Positions 58,584 through 64,000 of a DNA stretch of 64,000 nucleotides are shown piece by piece. Position 1 is the stretch's first letter. Each line of letters opens with the position of its first letter. This DNA comes from Diadema antillarum. Lineage: Eukaryota. Location: contig NW_027271492.1 of NCBI RefSeq assembly GCF_040938485.1, positions 868,001-932,000 of the forward strand, read 5' to 3'. The notes beneath the pieces were generated by a model that was not told the DNA's origin, searched no databases, and saw only the letters and a program-made list of their open reading frames with translations. The translations under genes were made by a program, and so were the position numbers.

Positions 58584-59760
58584 GCCATAAAAACTTCACA
58601 TTAGGCCCTTAAAGTTCGTTAATCCCTGCCTGTGACCTTTGACCTTGTGGTGACCATCCACTCCCCAAGGGACATCTACCATCCAAGTTTGGTTACAAAC
58701 TGACCTATGGATCAAAAGTTATGACCCATAATCGAAACACGCCATAAAAACTTAACATTGGGCTCTAAAAGTTTGTTGACCCCTGCTTGTGACCTTTGAC
58801 CTTGTGGTGATCATCCACTCCCCAAGGGACATCTACCATCCAAGTTTAGTCACAAACGGACCTATGGATCAAAAGTTATGACCCATAATACAGATGCGCC
58901 ATATATTATAAACTTAACATTGGGCTCTATAAGTTCGTTGACCCCTGCTTGTGACCTTTGACCTTGTGGTGACCATCCACTCCCCAAGGGACATCTACCA
59001 TCCAAGTTTGGTCACAAACGGACCTATGGATCAAAAGTTATGACCAATAATAAAAACGCGCCATAAAAACTTAAAGGGACTGTACAATATTGGTTGAGGT
59101 AGGGATTCATGTTTTGAACATTCCTATGTGAGATGAAAAGCCTCTTATGAAATATGAAAGAGCATGAAATTTTAAGAAGGATTCAACGTTTATTTGATGA
59201 AAATTGGTTTTCAAATGGCTGAGATATCCAAAAAAGTGCTCATAATAAAAGGCGACATGCCCCAACTTTATTAGTATCTCTTTGCTTCACCTTGTTTTTG
59301 GATATCTCAGCCATTTCAAAACCGATTTTCATCGCATAAACTTTTGATACCCCTTAGAACCGCGTGCTCTTTGACATCTCATAGAGTGGTTTCTGAATAT
59401 CTCACAAAACCTTAAAAGCTAAATCTTCACCTCGACCAGAACTGTACACACCCTTTAACATTGGACATCTACCATCCCAGTTTAGTCACAAATGGAGTTA
59501 TGGATCAAAAGTTATGACCCATAATAAACACGCGCCATAAAAACTTAACATTGGGCTCTAAAAGTTTGTTGACCCCTGCTTGTGACCTTTGACCTAGTGG
59601 TGACCATCCACTCCCCAAACATCTACCATCCAAGTTTAGTCACAAATGGAGTTATGGATCAAAAGTTATGACCCATAATAGAAACGCGCCATAAAAACTT
59701 AACATTGGACTCTAAAAGTTCATTGACCCCTGCCTGTGAGCTTTGACCTTGAGGTGACCT
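58584..59760. repeat. Tandem array with a unit of about 157 bp (about 6 copies, one truncated, interrupted by a transposon)
   Basis: gccata anchors at 58584, 58741, 58898, 59060, 59534 and 59688. Confidence 0.92.
59075..59454. mobile_element. Kolobok-like element inserted at a TTAA of the 157-bp tandem array
   Basis: aaaac ttaa|AGGGACTGTACA...TGTACACACCCT|ttaa cattgg; neighbouring repeat units show the empty site aaaacttaacattgg. Confidence 0.88.
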
Positions 59761-60635
59761 TCATATATGGTAAAATGTGAAACTTTGTATGACCCCTCTT
59801 CCCTCGAAGTTTGATTGCAATTGAAGCCCAGAGTAACGACTTATTGAAGTTTTTGTAGCGTTACGGACAGACGACGAACGGACGATGGACGGACGGACGA
59901 CGGACGGACAGACGCCGCAGGTGATCCTTAGTCTCCCCTCACCTCCTTAGTCGCCCCCCCCCCCACTAGTTTGCAAAAAATGGATAGATTGCTACTTTTT
60001 TAAACTAATAATGGACTAAATAAAGGTTATGCCATTTAATGGGAAGACTTCCCATACAGTAGGCCCTAACCTTTATTTAATTTATTATTAGTAAGGGGGA
60101 ATAGACGTCTAGAAACAACGTAGTGGTTTGTTTATTTTGTGCAAGTTGGTGGGGGACATAAGGAACTCTTTCCCTTAACAGTTCTCCCAAAGCAAAGCGA
60201 ACAAAATCAATTTTTGTCGTAATTACAGAACTTAACTGAAACCCTTGCAAATATATTTTTAACGTTGTAGCCAGCCTGCGTGTATTGTCTATGGGAATGG
60301 ATTCATTGAAGTTTGTTGTTTCTGACTAAAGTAAAACACGCCCACTAAGTTTCACATCGCGTCGCGCGTGTGATAGAATTCACTGTATTCACTTGTCACA
60401 TGATGTGTGATATTGAACGATGAAGGATGTAAAACCGGGCCATCATAGTCATAAATCATGCCACATTGACATGGTACGGGCATACCGGTAGTCCAGAAAT
60501 GGTGATCATTTATAAGATAAGAATGCAAGCCGGATTTCTAACGTTACGTCGGAGTACTCTGTCTCTGACCGTAGAAACTAACGTTAGACTCTACTTTGTA
60601 AGAGCCAAAAAGGGAAGAAACGCATTTCTACTAAC

Positions 60636-60950
60636 CTTGTTGCTGTTGGTCTCAGGTATAAAATGTGGACATATAATGAAAAGACTTGCTGCTTCACCCT
60701 CACTGGCCTCAGCTTAATCGCGTCCTATTCAGTTCTGGACACTTAAAATGCCTTTTCTGTTGTCTTTCTCTGAAAAACAAGGCAACAACTAGATCTAGTC
60801 TACGCGACGAAGCAATACTGTACTAAAAAGCACTGGAACACATCCAATCACACACAAACATTTGTTCACACTACACTGAGCTTGCTGTGAGCTGTGCGGC
60901 CTCTGATGACGTAATGGGGATCCTCGACGCGCACACATTACGTCATATGC
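60636..60950 (-). promoter_or_regulatory. Candidate promoter and non-coding first exon of the LITAF-like gene
   Basis: CpG-enriched patch, paired TGACGTAA sites, minus-strand donor AAG|gttagt at 60636/60635; the ATG exon begins right after an acceptor, so an upstream UTR exon is required. Confidence 0.35.
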
Positions 60951-61119
60951 ATGGGGGTCTCGCTCATGGTCTCGCTGTAATTTCCTGATGGATGCGCAGT
61001 TTCGCTCTCGCCTCGGATATTTTATAGCAGACGGTTCAGTATGAAATACTGAGTAGAGTATATTCCATTTCTTGCATAAAATCAGAGAGAACTCGACTTG
61101 CATGTTTGAGAGCGTATCA

Positions 61120-61263
61120 GGGATACTACCCCCGAGGACAATAATCTACTAAGTACCCCCTCTAAATAATGAGTAGTGATAAGGTTAGAATAAAAATTAG
61201 GGTAAGGTTTAGGGTTAGAGTTTGGGTCAGGGTTAGGATTAGGTCCAGGATTAGGATTAGGGT
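61120..61263. mobile_element. Truncated relative of the TTAGGG-containing MITE
   Basis: Shares tagtgataaggttaga and the degenerate ttaggg/ttagga array with 53327-53440. Confidence 0.6.
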
Positions 61264-61264
61264 T

Positions 61265-61640
61265 CAGATCACCTTTTTCATATGATTATATATACCGGTA
61301 CCTGTGGATTGAGAAAATGCAGCTATTAGTAGAACACATCGGTAAAAGTTTGGGAAAAATTGGACAATTAAATCCGTTCTAAAGATATGAATTTTTGAAG
61401 TTTCTGCTCAGTCACTGATGAGAAGGCATATTATGTTACATGCGTAGAACGATAAAGGGAAATAGGGGAGGAGAGAATTTCACAAAATCTTATTTTGTGA
61501 AAAAAAAAGTGCACATTTCCTCGACTTGTCACTGACGTATGTTAATGGTAATATTATCCCCCGTGCCTTCTGAAAGAGGCAAGTCAATCGTTATAGGGCC
61601 GTAAAAGTGCACAACAGCCCTTTTATTATGCGAGAAAAGT
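61265..61640. mobile_element. Degenerate partial copy of the 7637-type MITE
   Basis: Shares aatgcagc.atta.gtagaac...gaagtttctgctcagtcac with 7675-7770. Confidence 0.6.
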
Positions 61641-61688
61641 GAAAATACGTTGAATTTTCCTTATGTTTTCTTTATATCGTTGTACAGT

Positions 61689-62641
61689 ATTTCTAGAAAT
61701 ATAGGGATAATTTCCAAGCTGAAGTTCTTTCTTCCTCGTTCAACTTTATTTCTATTATATAATTCCTTAATTCTCCCTTGCAATGTTGTATTGGGTACTT
61801 GCGGCTCTACCAAAATAAATTTTATATTCAAATTACAAAAGAAAGTTATACGTATTTGTACAGCATCGCATTTTCTGGCTCATACTGATTCTTTATTTCA
61901 TGAGCTTAAAGCATTGAAGGTTTTTGATTTGAATATTATTCAAGTAGCAGTAATTATGTTTAAATATATACATGATCAACTTCCATCATCGTTTGATAAC
62001 ATGTTTAGGTTCAATACTTCTGTCCATTCGTACCCTACTCGTATATGTAGAAATTTCCACCTTTTGAATCCCAAATTATTAGTGGCACATAAATCTATAA
62101 GACATTCGAGTCCGGACATTTGGAATAATCTCCCGGATAATATAAAGTTTTGTTCAAGTATTTATTCTTTGAAAGCTTCACTAAAACGATATTTGATACA
62201 ATTGTATATTCTCCAAACCAATTGAGCTAACAAATATTTATAGTATAGATTATCATCTTATTGTCAATCTCTATTTTCTTCCTTCAACTGCATCTTGCAC
62301 TCTCACCTGCAACTGCACTGCACTCACCTGATCACCTTCCTCCAAGAGAGTTATGTCGTTGGATAGTCATTTTATGAGGCCTCCATCCATTTCAAGCTTA
62401 ATCGCTTATGATGGTGGTCTCCTGCATTCAATGATCTCTGCGTGTTTACTGAAAAATACTGTATATCTTATTTTATGTTTCTGTGTATCTACATTGCTCA
62501 ATGCAATCACCTATGTGTATCTATTTATGTACTGTTATCGATTTATTTCACTGCACTTGTTATTCTTTGTCTTTGTACTTTTGGAAGTTTGCATTCAAAT
62601 TGCATCTGATTGAATGCAGAAATAAAAGCAAACAAACAAAC
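61689..62641 (+). mobile_element. 5'-truncated L2/Crack-like LINE: ORF2 C-terminus, 3' UTR, AATAAA and (CAAA)n tail
   Basis: ISRNIGIISKLKFFLP..TL..LYNSLILP...LQKKVIRI...IWNNLPD; 3' hairpin near 62376-62420; AATAAA 62621; caaa tail. Confidence 0.85.
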
Positions 62642-63605
62642 ACAATCCATGTGGCATCACAAGCTGTAGTAGTCTTTTCATCCAGCAGTGACTGAGCAGA
62701 AACGTAAAAAAAAAAATCGCAGAGCTACCAAGTCTCACGCATTGTGAGTGAGACTCAAGCATTTAGGGTACGTCTCACGATCTCACGCATGGCATCCATT
62801 TTTCCCACGCATTGGGAGCATAGCTTAAAGGATTAAAGTGAGAGTTGCAATTGAAGGCATATTTCTCTTTTGTCTTTCAAAATAAGTGAAAATAGTCACT
62901 TAAGTATGCACCAGCTTGCACCATTAAGAGCTAAAAATCATAGGGGGGAGAGAAAAAAAAAATAAATGAACCAAATTGGGGGAGAAAAATAAATGAACCA
63001 AATTTGTCGTCACCTGTATTCATGGATCCTCTTCAGAATTTTATGAGCTATAATGTTCAATAAACAGAAAAAAGGTGATGCATGAAGAACTGATGACTTA
63101 CATGAAGAATTCTGTCGATGACAAAAAAAAAAAAAAAAATCATGAATTTTCCCCAAGGAATGGCTGAACCCGATATAACATACAATTAATCATTAACTTT
63201 AGCTATACATTCTATCAGAAAGTGATGAGAGGCCAGAAGTTCCGTGGTGTGTGGTAATTTGTTGATTTGTATTTTTCCGCCAATCTCTCGTTGATTGGAG
63301 AGATACATCACTCTCACTACACCAAACAAACAATAGCATATACTGATATGTATCAAAACACACCTCGATCGTCATTCGAGCAAGCTTCAACGCACCTGCT
63401 ACTCGTACCTACAGGTAAACAAAATAAGTGACACGTGGACAAGTACCCGATCGACAGGATAAGTACCCAAATACTTAGTACCTCGCGATCGCGCACCTGC
63501 TGCCAATACCATACCATATAGTTATCTGTAGTTCGTTCCCTCTAGATCGCGCAACATCTACCTGCACGATAGTTCAACGGAACGAAGAAGCAACAAGTTA
63601 TCAAC

Positions 63606-63671
63606 ATGGCTCGTGACACCTCCAAGATATGCCTTTTCGACGTCGATGGAACGCTCACTGCATCTCGAAAG
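63606..63671 (+). CDS. PMM: Phosphomannomutase (HAD family, PMM1/PMM2 ortholog), first exon; the gene continues beyond the window
   Basis: MARDTSKICLFDVDGTLTASRK|gtaagt: HAD motif I DxDGT in PMM context, 22 codons then a canonical donor. Confidence 0.92.
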
Positions 63672-64000
63672 GTAAGTTGTCATTGCAATACATGGAATTG
63701 CAATTGTATGTAGAACCTACATTCTTGACGACGGGTAAAAATGTTCGGCAATTCGCTCCGTTTACACTGCTCAAGTTCTACTCAGTCCGATCTAATGATT
63801 ACTGTGTCGGCTGTTCCTACCATACCATATAACCCAGCTCAGCTCAGCCAGCGTGCGTGCAAATGCATTGTCACAGTTGTATTGGTCATTGCATATTAAA
63901 CTAGACACGCCCCTGATGTCGCTGTCGCTGAGTTTCCAAATGTGTAGAATTTGTGTAGATTCTAGTCTGATATGTCAAGGAAATTTGTGTGTCTGCTGAG

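Larger units (their letters stand above)
58435..59950. mobile_element. Helentron-like element carrying a 157-bp tandem array
   Basis: aaacaag start, tgacctttgacct-core repeats, (cgga)n tract at 59864-59914. Confidence 0.55.

Noticed and set aside
58584-59760. Regularly spaced repeats as a CRISPR array
   Set aside because: Contiguous 157-bp units without unique spacers, in a eukaryotic intron; this is a satellite-type array.

Overview
Eukaryotic, AT-rich, intron-containing genomic DNA from an invertebrate animal, most likely a deuterostome such as an echinoderm (inferred from gene content and repeat style, not proven). I assembled four protein-coding genes by hand from GT-AG junctions with consistent phases. 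(1) A complete 20-exon BPTF/NURF301 chromatin-remodeller subunit on + (CDS 2354-32436, 10905 nt, about 3634 aa; AT-hooks, DDT, PHD, a 4.8-kb exon, two C-terminal PHDs, bromodomain). (2) A complete 5-exon CENP-M kinetochore pseudo-GTPase on + (37618-44574, 190 aa), which the ORF track misses. (3) A complete 4-coding-exon LITAF-domain gene on - (58108-52717, 189 aa). (4) The first exon of phosphomannomutase PMM on + (63606-63671). Introns and intergenic DNA are dense with non-autonomous DNA transposons (TA-TSD pogo/mariner-like, TTAA-TSD Kolobok-like and piggyBac-like, Helentron-like with a 157-bp tandem array), two LINE RT fragments and tRNA-derived SINE-like heads, several of them nested. There is no prokaryotic system or CRISPR array, and I found no clearly new multi-gene system. 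The most notable observations are a duplicated AG|GTGAGT splice module in BPTF, a 40-bp intronic hairpin whose mismatches are G-U only on the transcribed strand, a LINE fragment abutting TTAGGG repeats, a partly retained P-loop in CENP-M, and a gene order matching the human 16p13/17q/22q13 paralogon.
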